A stretch of DNA of 32,000 nt, from positions 930,001-962,000 of the forward strand of contig CP149973.1 in the NCBI GenBank assembly GCA_029269845.2, given 5' to 3'. Origin of the DNA: Opitutia bacterium KCR 482. Lineage in GTDB: Bacteria; Verrucomicrobiota; Verrucomicrobiia; Opitutales; Intestinicryptomonadaceae. This document shows, piece by piece, positions 8,844-19,197 of this stretch (the stretch's first letter is position 1; every line of letters starts with the position of its first letter). The translations under genes and the position numbers were made by a program. The notes under the pieces were generated by a model that saw only the letters and a program-made list of their open reading frames with translations, was not told the origin of the DNA and made no database searches.

Positions 8844-9602
8844 CTATTCTACCGCCGACCGCGCAAAAGACTTCAAAACGTAGAACACCATGCCGCCCGA
8901 AATCAGCGCGTACACAAAGCCGTGAACGGGATTTCCGAACGCCGAAACCGAAACGATGTCGACCACAATCGACGGCGTGAGCGCGCACAGCGCAAGCCTT
9001 GCGCTCTGCCAAAACGTAAGGATAGGATAAACCGTGCGCGAGAGCACGAATGCGGCGATAGTCGTGAGCGAGACGAAAACTGCGTTCGTCGGAATCACGA
9101 AAAGGAAGAGGCACGCAAGCGGCGCGATTATGTAAAGCAGCGTGTTTTTCGACGGAAGCATTGCGTCCACGCCGCGCCCGTCCAAAAGTTTGTCGTAGCC
9201 CGCGAGCGAAAAGAAAGTCTCGCCGCCGTCTGGCAGGTAGAACGAAACCCTGTCGCGCTCGAACGCGAACATCAGGTCTTTCGTCTTCACGGCGTCAACA
9301 TAGTTCTGGCTTGCGACGGCGAAGACTTTTCCGTCGCGCCCGCGCAGTTCGACGTCCGCGCCGTCGGGGGTTTTGACGCGCCCGTTTTCGACCTTCACGC
9401 CTTTGAGTAGTTCGAGCGCGGGGGCAATCGAGCCGTCGTAAAATTCGCCGAGTACGCGGTGCGTTGCAAGCATCGCCGACGCCGACGAAAGCAGGGAAAG
9501 CAGAAAGAAGTACAGAACCGATTTCCACTTCCAGCCGAAAACCGCGTTTTTGTATGCGTCCGTGTTGCCGAACGACAGCCAAAGCATTTTAAATACGTCC
9601 AT
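8844..9602 (-). CDS. DUF1189-like integral membrane protein
   Basis: 252 aa. The N-terminus MDVFKMLWLSFGNTDAYKNAVFGWKWKSVLYFFLLSLL resembles the characteristic DUF1189 (YvdJ-like) start. A soluble loop is followed by 3-4 C-terminal TM helices. This family assignment is from memory, not from a search. Confidence 0.45.
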   Translation of the reverse strand: MDVFKMLWLSFGNTDAYKNAVFGWKWKSVLYFFLLSLLSSASAMLATHRVLGEFYDGSIAPALELLKGVKVENGRVKTPDGADVELRGRDGKVFAVASQNYVDAVKTKDLMFAFERDRVSFYLPDGGETFFSLAGYDKLLDGRGVDAMLPSKNTLLYIIAPLACLFLFVIPTNAVFVSLTTIAAFVLSRTVYPILTFWQSARLALCALTPSIVVDIVSVSAFGNPVHGFVYALISGGMVFYVLKSFARSAVE

Positions 9603-9607
9603 GGTTT

Positions 9608-10348
9608 TTATTTTTTAGACACCGCCTTTTCGAAAGAGTCTGGCAGCGGAGCTTCCGCGCGGAACTCGACCGTCCGCCCGCCGATTTCGACTGAAAGCCT
9701 CGTTTTCAGGCAGTGGAGAAAGAGTCTGTTGAGCTTGGAGGAAGCCCTGAATTTTTTGTTGAATGCGAAATTTCCGTAAGTGGCGTCGCCCAAAATCGGC
9801 AAGCCGTGCTTTGCGCACTGCACACGAAGCTGGTGCGTAAGCCCCGTGCGCGGCATGAGGCGCAGAACCGACAAGCCGCCCGCGACGCGCAAACGCGCAA
9901 AGTCGGTCTTTGCGGGAAGCCCGCCCGATTCGGAGAAAGTGCGCACAACCCTGCCCTCGCGGTGCGGGCGCAGCCTGTCAACCCACGTTCCGCGCGGCGC
10001 GGCGACGCCAACGCAGATTGCGACGTACTCCTTTTCGACCGCCTTGTTTTTGAATGCAGCCCGCGCGGCAAGCGCGACCGCCTCGTCGCGGGCGGCAATC
10101 ACCACGCCCGAAGTCGGCGAGTCGAGCCTGTTTACAAGAAAGAGCTTTTGCCCGCCGCCCCAGCGGTAGAACTCTCCGTCGAAATCGTATTCCGCGCGGA
10201 GCATTGCGGGCTTCGCGTTGGCGGAGGGATTCGGGTTCGGGTGCGTAGCCCTGCCCTCGCGCTTGCCGATTGCCACAAGCCCGCATTCGTCGAAAGCAAG
10301 AACCTCGCAGCCGTTCGAGAGCGGCAGACTTTTCACAAATTCTTTCAT
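9608..10348 (-). CDS. RluA-family pseudouridine synthase
   Basis: Catalytic motif NRLDSPTSGVVIAA (the RLDxxTSG Asp), then KEYVAICVG and TGLTHQLRVQCA. I set the start at ATG 10348 (MKEFVKS...), which forms an ATGA overlap with the upstream gene's stop. The 83-aa upstream extension in the track overlaps that gene and looks non-coding. Confidence 0.75.
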   Translation of the reverse strand: MKEFVKSLPLSNGCEVLAFDECGLVAIGKREGRATHPNPNPSANAKPAMLRAEYDFDGEFYRWGGGQKLFLVNRLDSPTSGVVIAARDEAVALAARAAFKNKAVEKEYVAICVGVAAPRGTWVDRLRPHREGRVVRTFSESGGLPAKTDFARLRVAGGLSVLRLMPRTGLTHQLRVQCAKHGLPILGDATYGNFAFNKKFRASSKLNRLFLHCLKTRLSVEIGGRTVEFRAEAPLPDSFEKAVSKK

Positions 10349-11778
10349 CGGTAGTGGAATGTTATGCGCACGGACTGCTCCTGATTGCCGAACGCGGCGA
10401 CCATTTCGCGCGTCCATTCGCCGTAGGGGGCGGTCGTGAGAATCGACTGCTCGCAAAGGCCGCTGCCCGTGTTTGTTGAGTTCGAAAACACTATGTTGAA
10501 TTTCGTCAATTCGCCGAGCGAATTCAAATAGTATTCGGCGACGACTATCGTGCCCACCGCAGTGCCCAAGTCGTACTTCGACGCAAGCAGATTCCACTGG
10601 CGCGAGATTGCCTCAATCATGCGCTGTTGGTACGCGCCGAATTCGCTGAACCGCGAATCGCAGGCGACGGTGCCGCGCGCGCTCGCGTGCGTGGGATTGT
10701 CGGCAAGCGGGCCTGCGGGGATTTTCATGCTGAGCGTCGGGCGCGGACGCGGCGCGGGAAGCGGCTCTTCGGCGGAAGCAGGCGCGGGGGTTTGCGACGC
10801 CTGCGGAGTCGGAGGAGTTGCGGAAGTCTGCGCGGGCGGACGGGCTTGCGATTGCGACGGCTTGCCCGCGCCCTTTTTTTGCGCATTGCCCGCGCCCTGC
10901 GACGCGGCGTTTCCGCCGTCCGATTTGTCGGGCTTCGAAGCGTCCGCGCGGGCGTCCGATTTTGCGGAGTCGGACTTGCCCGAATCTTTTGCGGTCGTTT
11001 TTTCAGTCAAAGGTTTTTTCGAAATTTTGAGAAATGCGTCGGGGTCGTCGGGAGTTTTTTCGTCGGCGTCAGAATCGCTTTGTTCGGCTTTCGGAGCGTT
11101 GGAAGGCTGCGCCGGCTCGGCGGCGTTTCCGCCCGACTGCGCCCCGCCGTTTTCAGGCGGATTCCCCGAAGAAGCCCCGTCTTGCTCCGAAGCCTCCGAT
11201 TCGGAACGCGCCGAAGTTTGCGCGTCGGCTTGCGCCGTTTGCGCCTGTTGGGGCTGCTCCGCACTTGTCTGCGGCGCGGCGGGCGAGCCGCCCCCCGACT
11301 GTTGCGCCGACGCTTCGTCGGGCTGCGCGGGGCGTTCGAGCGGGCGTTCGAGAGTCTGCATGACGGATTCGGGCGAATATTTGTCGTCGTCGGAACTCGT
11401 GCCCGATACGATTTTCTGGCTGTCCGTGTTCTCGCCCACAACGAACGGCTTGCGCGACTTCGAAGCGGGGTCGGGAATTTCGTCCGCCGCCCGCTGGTCT
11501 TTGAAAGATTCGGGGGCGTCGGGCGAGTCGGGCACGGCGTCGTTGCCGAAAGGGTTTGCCTCTATGAATTCGGGTTTGCGGTTTTCGAGCTTGGGAGGGA
11601 GGATTTCGAGTTTCAATTCGCCGTCGTCGCTTTCGGGCGCGGCGTGCGCGAACTTGTCGGGAACTACGCAGTACGCGCCGACGTGGAGCAGCGCAGTGAG
11701 AACAAGCGCGGCGAGTGCGGCGGGAACGTCGTATCGGTTGCCGTCGCGATAGAAGTCGCTGTCGAAATTCCCGCGCAT
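10345..11778 (-). CDS. membrane-anchored TonB/TolA-like protein with a long acidic low-complexity linker
   Basis: Short N-terminus plus one TM helix (VPAALAALVLTALLHVGAYCVV), then roughly 300 aa of D/E/S/A/P/Q-rich sequence. The globular C-terminus (YQQRMIEAISRQW...GTIVVAEYYLNSLGELTKFNIVFSNS...VRITFHYR) has a TonB_C-like alternating pattern. First ATG at 11778, 4 nt after the maf stop; the track's start at 11805 is a TTG overlapping maf by 23 nt. Confidence 0.4.
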   Translation of the reverse strand: MRGNFDSDFYRDGNRYDVPAALAALVLTALLHVGAYCVVPDKFAHAAPESDDGELKLEILPPKLENRKPEFIEANPFGNDAVPDSPDAPESFKDQRAADEIPDPASKSRKPFVVGENTDSQKIVSGTSSDDDKYSPESVMQTLERPLERPAQPDEASAQQSGGGSPAAPQTSAEQPQQAQTAQADAQTSARSESEASEQDGASSGNPPENGGAQSGGNAAEPAQPSNAPKAEQSDSDADEKTPDDPDAFLKISKKPLTEKTTAKDSGKSDSAKSDARADASKPDKSDGGNAASQGAGNAQKKGAGKPSQSQARPPAQTSATPPTPQASQTPAPASAEEPLPAPRPRPTLSMKIPAGPLADNPTHASARGTVACDSRFSEFGAYQQRMIEAISRQWNLLASKYDLGTAVGTIVVAEYYLNSLGELTKFNIVFSNSTNTGSGLCEQSILTTAPYGEWTREMVAAFGNQEQSVRITFHYR

Positions 11779-11782
11779 TAGC

Positions 11783-12376
11783 CTAAATTTTAAGTTCCGC
11801 CGCAAGCATATCGAGCGTGCTTTCGGCGAGGGCGACGGGCAGCCCCATTACGTTGTCGAAATCCCCGTCGATTTTTTCTATTATCATCGAGCCGCATTCC
11901 TGAGCGGCGTACGCGCCCGCCTTGTCGAGCACGTCCACTTTCGAGACATATTCCGAAATCGCGTCGGCGTCGAGGCTCTTGAAATGCACGCGCGACTCTC
12001 CGCACGCGGTTTTAGTCCTAAGCTCCGCGCCGTCGAAATACGCCGCGCACACGCCCGTGAACACCGAATGCGCCCCGCCACGCAACTCGGCGAGCATGCG
12101 CTTTGCGTCGGCGATGTCGCGCGGTTTGCCGTAGATTTTGGAGTTGCGGTACACGACGGTATCCGCGCCCAACACCAGCCGCTCCGCGTTCTCCCGCGCG
12201 ACGCGCGAGGCCTTCAATTCGGCGTTCGAGACCGCGAGCCTTTCGGGCGGCGCGGAAACGTCGGCGTCTTCCGACACGTCGGCCACGCGCACGTCGAACG
12301 GCACTCCCGCGCGTTCGAGAAGCTCCCTGCGGCGCGGGCTCGCCGACGCCAAAATAATCCTGCCTGCGTATTTCAT
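11783..12376 (-). CDS. maf: Maf-like nucleoside triphosphate pyrophosphatase
   Basis: MKYAGRIILASASPRRRELLERAGVPFDV... has the Maf N-terminal SASPRR motif, plus GADTVV and KAGAYAAQ motifs. ATG at 12376; the 49-aa extension in the track is hydrophobic noise. Confidence 0.85.
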   Translation of the reverse strand: MKYAGRIILASASPRRRELLERAGVPFDVRVADVSEDADVSAPPERLAVSNAELKASRVARENAERLVLGADTVVYRNSKIYGKPRDIADAKRMLAELRGGAHSVFTGVCAAYFDGAELRTKTACGESRVHFKSLDADAISEYVSKVDVLDKAGAYAAQECGSMIIEKIDGDFDNVMGLPVALAESTLDMLAAELKI

Positions 12377-12525
12377 TTTAAAAACCGCGATTTTTCCAAA
12401 CGCTCCGAAAAACGCAAAACAAAAAACGGGGCGCGGCGCGCAGAAAAAAATTATCGACAACGACGACGCATTTTTGTTAGGTTCAAATTTCTCAACCAGC
12501 TCTACAAAAACAGGAGGAATCACAC

Positions 12526-14634
12526 ATGAAAAAATACGCTCTCGCCTGCGCGGCAGCCGCGCTCGCGCTCTCGGCGCAATGCCTGAACGCCGAAATCTTC
12601 GAGCTTAAAAGCCCGAAAGCGCAAATAAAAATAGACGACAAGGGCAACTTGGTGTCGCTCAAAAACCTCGAAAAGAACCGCGAATATGCGGGCGGAGAGG
12701 GGCTCTGGCGGATAATCTATCAGGACGGGCTTTCGCTCGAAGAAAGCGTAGAGAGCGAAAACGCGCCCGTGAAAGTTTCGAAGAACGGCGGAAAAATCAC
12801 GCTCGAATACGGCGGCGAATTTCCCGTGAAAGTCGAGTGCTCGCTCGACGGCGACGAAATAGCGTTTTCGTCGGAAATAAAAAACGCCTCGAAAGACAAA
12901 ATTTTGCGCGAGTTCCAGTTCCCGATTATAAAGTCGGCAAAAATCAAAAAGGACACCGTCCTCTACTGGGCGAGCGCAAGCGGCACGAAAATCCCCGACG
13001 TCCGCAAATGGCTCATGGGCGGCTTTAAATCCTACATGGCGCAGGACAACAAGGCAATCGAGCGCTACGACGTCTACCCCTCGCCGATGTCGCTCAACTA
13101 CTTCGTGCTCGACGACGGCGACTGCGCCCTCTACTTCGCAAACCACGACCCGAATTTCGAAAAGACTCTCCACCTCTTCCGCACGCGCAAAATCGGCGGC
13201 AGGGGCGACTTCGAATACGGCGGAATCGACGCGGCGATGGCGAAATACCCATTCCTGAAAGCGGGCGAATCCAAGAAATTCGCCGACTTCGTCGTAGCCC
13301 CGCATTCGGGCGACTGGCACGTCTCGGCAAAGAAATACCGCAAGTGGGCCGACACTTGGTACAAGCACATTCCGATTGCCGAGACTTTCAAAAAGTCGAA
13401 CGGCTGGCAGAGAATTATCATGCGCCACCAATACGGCAAGGTGCTATTCCGCTACGACCAGCTGCCCGAAATCCGCAAGGCGGGCAAAAAGGCGGGCATC
13501 GATACTATCCTCATGTTCGGCTGGTGGAAGGAGGGCATGGACGCAGGCTACCCCGAATACACGCCCGACGACACTCAGGGCGGCGACGAAGCCCTCAAAA
13601 AATGGATTAAGGAATTCCAAAAGGACGGCGGCAAAGTCAACCTCTACTACAACGGGCAGCTCATCGACATGGGCACGAACTTCTACCGCACGCTCGGCAA
13701 AAAAATATCGGTCAAGCGCGCGGACGGCACGGAGCACATGGAACGCTATCCGTTCGGCGGAGACGGCACGGCTCTGCGGGTCTTCGGAAACAAGACATTC
13801 GTGACGGCTTGCCCCGCGACAAGGGAATGGCTGGAAATCCTCAAAAAGCTCGCCGAACGCGCAATCGCGCTCGGAGCCGACGGCGTGTTCTTCGACCAGC
13901 TAGGCTTCAAAAGCGAGCTTTGCTACGACGAATCGCACGGGCACTCCATTCCCGCGCAGGACATCATGAAGTACAAGCACAACATGCTCAAAGAGCTTCG
14001 CGCCTACGTCCGCTCGAAAAAGCCCGACATGAGCATGGGAATCGAATGGGTGAGCGACCCGACCTCCATGTACGCCGACTATATCCACGCGGTCGCCCCC
14101 AACCTGTACATAACCCACAAGGATAAAAACGGCGTGCCCGCCACAAACTACGCGCCCATGTACTACTACACATTCCCCGAAGTGTACACTACCAACCGCG
14201 ACATCTACAACAACCAAAACGTGCCGTTCCGCTGCAACCTGACTTTCATGCGCGGCTGGCGCGAGGACGCCGCGGTCTACCGCTGCCGCGCGACCCTCGA
14301 CGAAACGCCCGTCTATCAGGCGTACCTCGCAAAAATCGACGCCCTTCGCGACAAGTTCCGCGACACCGTCCTCAACGGCGCATTCAGAGACACAGACCTC
14401 GCGAAGTCGTCGAACCCGAACATGTACTACTCCACGTTCGAGAACGACAGTCAGGTTGCGGTCGTGGCAATGCACCCGCACGCCAAAACCGTCGAAACTG
14501 CGTTCGAAGTTCCGAACTGCAAATTCGTCGAAAGCGGCGGAATCGGAGACTTCAAAGTTGAGGCAGACGGCTCAAAGGCGAAAGTCGGAATCGGCAAGGA
14601 CGGAATCGCCGTGCTGCTTTTCGAAAAAAAATAG
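12526..14634 (+). CDS. secreted uncharacterised protein, putative TIM-barrel glycoside-hydrolase-like (DUF6259/GHL-type)
   Basis: AGGAGG SD at 12512-17 and ATG at 12526. Signal peptide MKKYALACAAAALALSAQCLNA. The central segment GIDTILMFGWWKEGMDAGYPEY...KVNLYYNGQLID...GADGVFFDQLG resembles beta-strand-end motifs of (beta/alpha)8 glycosidases. The family assignment is by recollection only. Confidence 0.45.
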   Translation: MKKYALACAAAALALSAQCLNAEIFELKSPKAQIKIDDKGNLVSLKNLEKNREYAGGEGLWRIIYQDGLSLEESVESENAPVKVSKNGGKITLEYGGEFPVKVECSLDGDEIAFSSEIKNASKDKILREFQFPIIKSAKIKKDTVLYWASASGTKIPDVRKWLMGGFKSYMAQDNKAIERYDVYPSPMSLNYFVLDDGDCALYFANHDPNFEKTLHLFRTRKIGGRGDFEYGGIDAAMAKYPFLKAGESKKFADFVVAPHSGDWHVSAKKYRKWADTWYKHIPIAETFKKSNGWQRIIMRHQYGKVLFRYDQLPEIRKAGKKAGIDTILMFGWWKEGMDAGYPEYTPDDTQGGDEALKKWIKEFQKDGGKVNLYYNGQLIDMGTNFYRTLGKKISVKRADGTEHMERYPFGGDGTALRVFGNKTFVTACPATREWLEILKKLAERAIALGADGVFFDQLGFKSELCYDESHGHSIPAQDIMKYKHNMLKELRAYVRSKKPDMSMGIEWVSDPTSMYADYIHAVAPNLYITHKDKNGVPATNYAPMYYYTFPEVYTTNRDIYNNQNVPFRCNLTFMRGWREDAAVYRCRATLDETPVYQAYLAKIDALRDKFRDTVLNGAFRDTDLAKSSNPNMYYSTFENDSQVAVVAMHPHAKTVETAFEVPNCKFVESGGIGDFKVEADGSKAKVGIGKDGIAVLLFEKK

Positions 14635-14655
14635 CGCATTGCAATTTGCCGGCAA

Positions 14656-14686
14656 GAACGCGCCCGATTGACGGGGCGCGTTTTTT
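14656..14686 (+). terminator. rho-independent terminator
   Basis: AACGCGCCC (14656-14664) pairs with GGGCGCGTT (14673-14681), followed by a 7-T run (14680-14686). A second hairpin, T7GCGC-CTCC-GCGCA9 (14680-14707), shares that T-run. Confidence 0.75.
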
Positions 14687-14711
14687 TGCGCCTCCGCGCA
14701 AAAAAAATTGG

Positions 14712-14740
14712 TTGACCGACCGAAGAAAAACAAAGATAAT
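14712..14740 (+). promoter_or_regulatory. candidate sigma70-type promoter for mutAB
   Basis: TTGACC (14712-14717), a 17-nt spacer, then GATAAT (14735-14740). It sits just after the upstream terminator, roughly 110-115 nt before the mutA ATG. Confidence 0.5.
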
Positions 14741-14858
14741 CGCTTTGTTTTCGGGTGCTGTTTAGCCCCCGAACGCGCGGCTTTGAAAATCCGCGCATGT
14801 TCTTTGTTTGCGCGGAAACACACGCTCAAAAATGTAAACCAAAACGAAAAACCAACCG

Positions 14859-16847
14859 ATGAAAAACGAAAAAAAACTGTTCGCGGAATTCCAGCCGTCG
14901 ACATATCGGGAATGGTACGCCGAAGCCGAAAAGCTTCTGAAAGGCGCGCCGTTCGAGAAGAAAATGTTTACAAAAACCCCCGAGGGCATAACCCTCAAAC
15001 CCATCTACAATAAGGATGACATCGATTTCGAAACGTCGCTCCCAGGGTTTGACGACTATGTCCGCGGAACGGACGCGGCGGGCAACAAGGCGTCTCCGTG
15101 GAAAATATCGCAGGAGCTTGCCGCCGACACCGCAGGGGAATTCAACGCAAAAATCCTCGACGCGCTCAACAAGGGGCAGACGTCCGTCGAAATACTCGTA
15201 AACGACGGCGCAAACAACGGCTTGGACTTCGCCTCCGCAAAGGATTTCGCCGAAGCCCTCGACGGCGTCGAATGCGGCTGCGTAGACATTTTCGTGCGCG
15301 GCGACACGGTCGGCGCGGGAACGCAGGCGGCGTTGTTCGCCTCGCAAAAAGGCAAAAAACTTTCGGGCGGAATTTTCTTCGACCCGCTCGGCGCGTTCGC
15401 AAAATCGGGCAAAATTTCGCCCGACGCCGCCTACGGCGAAATGTTCGCAATGGCGTCCTACAACGCCGCAAACATGCCGAACTTCACGGCAATCGGCGTC
15501 GACACATCGGCATACTCCTCCGCAGGCGCAAGCGCAGTCGAGGAGGCGGGAGCGGCGTTCGCGACGGCGGTTGCTTATATCCGCGCAATGCTCGAACGCG
15601 GCATGGAAATAGACGATGCCGCAAAGCAAATCAGGTTCAGAGTCTGCCTCGGCGGAAACTTCTTCATGGAAATCGCAAAAATCCGCGCAATGCGCATGGT
15701 TTGGGCGAAAATCGTCTCCGAATTCGGCGGCAACGAAAGGAAAATCAAGCTTTCGGCGCGGACGGCAAAATTCAACAAAACAGTGTTCGACCCCTACGTC
15801 AACATGTTGAGAACCGCGACGGAGGCGTTCTCCGGCGTCGTCGGCGGAGTCGATTCAATGACGGTCGGCGCGTTCGACGAAATAATCCGCAAGCCCGACG
15901 AATTCTCCGAAAGAATCGCCCGCAACCAGCAGATTATTTTGCAGGAGGAATGCAATTTGGCGGACGTAATCGACCCCGCGGGCGGCTCGTACTATGTGGA
16001 AAACCTCACGCGCGAGCTTGCCGCAAAAATTTGGGAGTTCTTCTCTAAAATCGAATCGCTCGGCGGAATGCTCGAAGCGTTGAAGTCGGGCGCGGTGCAA
16101 GACGCAATCGCCGCGACCGCCGCGGGCAGAAAAAAGCTCTACGACACCCGCAGAAGCTCGGTAGTCGGCACAAACAACTACGCAAACCTCTCCGAAAAGC
16201 CGCTTGAAAAGCGCGAATACCAAAAACGCGCCCAGCCCGCAAAGACGCAGGCGTTCGACCTCGGCGGCGCAAAGGGCGCGGACGCGTTCGCAAAACTGCT
16301 CGAAGCCGCGGACAAGGGCGCGGGCATCGACGGCATGAACGCGGCGTTCGGCGGCGGCGAAACGATAGAGGCAAAGCCGCTCGCGGCGCACAGAGCCGTG
16401 GAGCACTTCGAAGCCCTGCGCCGCGCAAGCGCGGAATTCAAAAAGAAGAACGGCTTTGCGCCGAAAATCTTCCTCGCAACAATGGGCCCGCTCTTGCAGC
16501 ACAAAATCCGCGCGGACTTTATCCGCGGATTCTTCGAAGTCGGCGGCTTCGACGTCGTCTACCCGAACGGTTTTGAATCGGGCGAAGCGGCGGCAAAGGC
16601 TTTCGCCGAAAGCGGCGCGAAATACGCCGTGATTTGCTCGACCGACGACACCTACCCGACGCTCGTCCCCGAAACGACGCGCGCAATCAAGGCAGTCGCG
16701 CCCGACGCAACCGTCTACATGGCGGGCGTTCCCGCCCCCGAAGCCGAACCCGCGTACAAAGAGGCGGGCTACGACGGCGCGGTAAGCATAAAGAGCAACA
16801 ACTACGAAACGTTGAAGTCGATTCTTTCGGCACTCGGCGTTCTCTAA
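14859..16847 (+). CDS. mutA: methylmalonyl-CoA mutase small (beta) subunit
   Basis: 662 aa. The N-terminus ([40 protein letters not shown]) and the mutase barrel region ([19 protein letters not shown]) are homologous to the downstream large subunit. The C-terminal Rossmann-like domain lacks the DxHxxG cobalamin motif ([15 protein letters not shown]), as expected for the beta subunit. Confidence 0.8.
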   Translation: MKNEKKLFAEFQPSTYREWYAEAEKLLKGAPFEKKMFTKTPEGITLKPIYNKDDIDFETSLPGFDDYVRGTDAAGNKASPWKISQELAADTAGEFNAKILDALNKGQTSVEILVNDGANNGLDFASAKDFAEALDGVECGCVDIFVRGDTVGAGTQAALFASQKGKKLSGGIFFDPLGAFAKSGKISPDAAYGEMFAMASYNAANMPNFTAIGVDTSAYSSAGASAVEEAGAAFATAVAYIRAMLERGMEIDDAAKQIRFRVCLGGNFFMEIAKIRAMRMVWAKIVSEFGGNERKIKLSARTAKFNKTVFDPYVNMLRTATEAFSGVVGGVDSMTVGAFDEIIRKPDEFSERIARNQQIILQEECNLADVIDPAGGSYYVENLTRELAAKIWEFFSKIESLGGMLEALKSGAVQDAIAATAAGRKKLYDTRRSSVVGTNNYANLSEKPLEKREYQKRAQPAKTQAFDLGGAKGADAFAKLLEAADKGAGIDGMNAAFGGGETIEAKPLAAHRAVEHFEALRRASAEFKKKNGFAPKIFLATMGPLLQHKIRADFIRGFFEVGGFDVVYPNGFESGEAAAKAFAESGAKYAVICSTDDTYPTLVPETTRAIKAVAPDATVYMAGVPAPEAEPAYKEAGYDGAVSIKSNNYETLKSILSALGVL

Positions 16848-16869
16848 AAAAGCGGAGGAGAATTCTACA

Positions 16870-19062
<2,193 letters not shown>

Positions 19063-19081
19063 TTGAAGAAAACAAAAAAAC

Positions 19082-19114
19082 AAACGCGCGTTCGGTCTCG
19101 GACGCGCGTTTTTT
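19082..19114 (+). terminator. rho-independent terminator after mutB
   Basis: AAACGCGCGT (19082-19091) pairs perfectly with ACGCGCGTTT (19102-19111) across a 10-nt loop; the T-run extends to 19114. Confidence 0.8.
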
Positions 19115-19197
19115 GCGGCTCGCGCACGGAATATGCTTGTTCGAATCGCGCAAAACGAATATTTTGCCTGCTTAAATCAATCAATATCTATACACAT

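Noticed and set aside
10800-11400. Possible tandem-repeat, CRISPR-like or diversity-generating structure in the repetitive-looking stretch.
   Set aside because: The repetitiveness is compositional (codons for S/D/A/K/P/Q) with no fixed repeat unit or spacer periodicity. The stretch sits inside an intact ORF, and the window has no reverse transcriptase or cas genes.
10550-11781. Two plus-strand ORFs of 384-400 aa opposite the TonB-like gene.
   Set aside because: They lie opposite the low-complexity acidic linker. Their products are Gly/Arg/Ser/Ala-rich low-complexity mirror images. They have no start context and no motifs.
14741-14858. Possible cobalamin riboswitch upstream of the B12-dependent mutase genes.
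   Set aside because: I can recognise no B12-box-like element or multi-stem junction, and the leader (about 110 nt) is too short for the class. cmscan with the Rfam Cobalamin model would settle it.
19063-19197. N-terminal extensions offered by the ORF track: 19063 for GH51, 23246 for the phosphoesterase, 10597 for rluA, 12523 for maf, 27778 for ybeY, 25514 for tmk, 27092 for the TIM barrel and 31759 for the MCP-like gene.
   Set aside because: The extensions run through terminators or neighbouring genes, or begin at TTG or GTG codons. Internal ATGs give canonical N-termini (signal peptides, P-loop spacing, family-typical starts) and tidy ATGA junctions.
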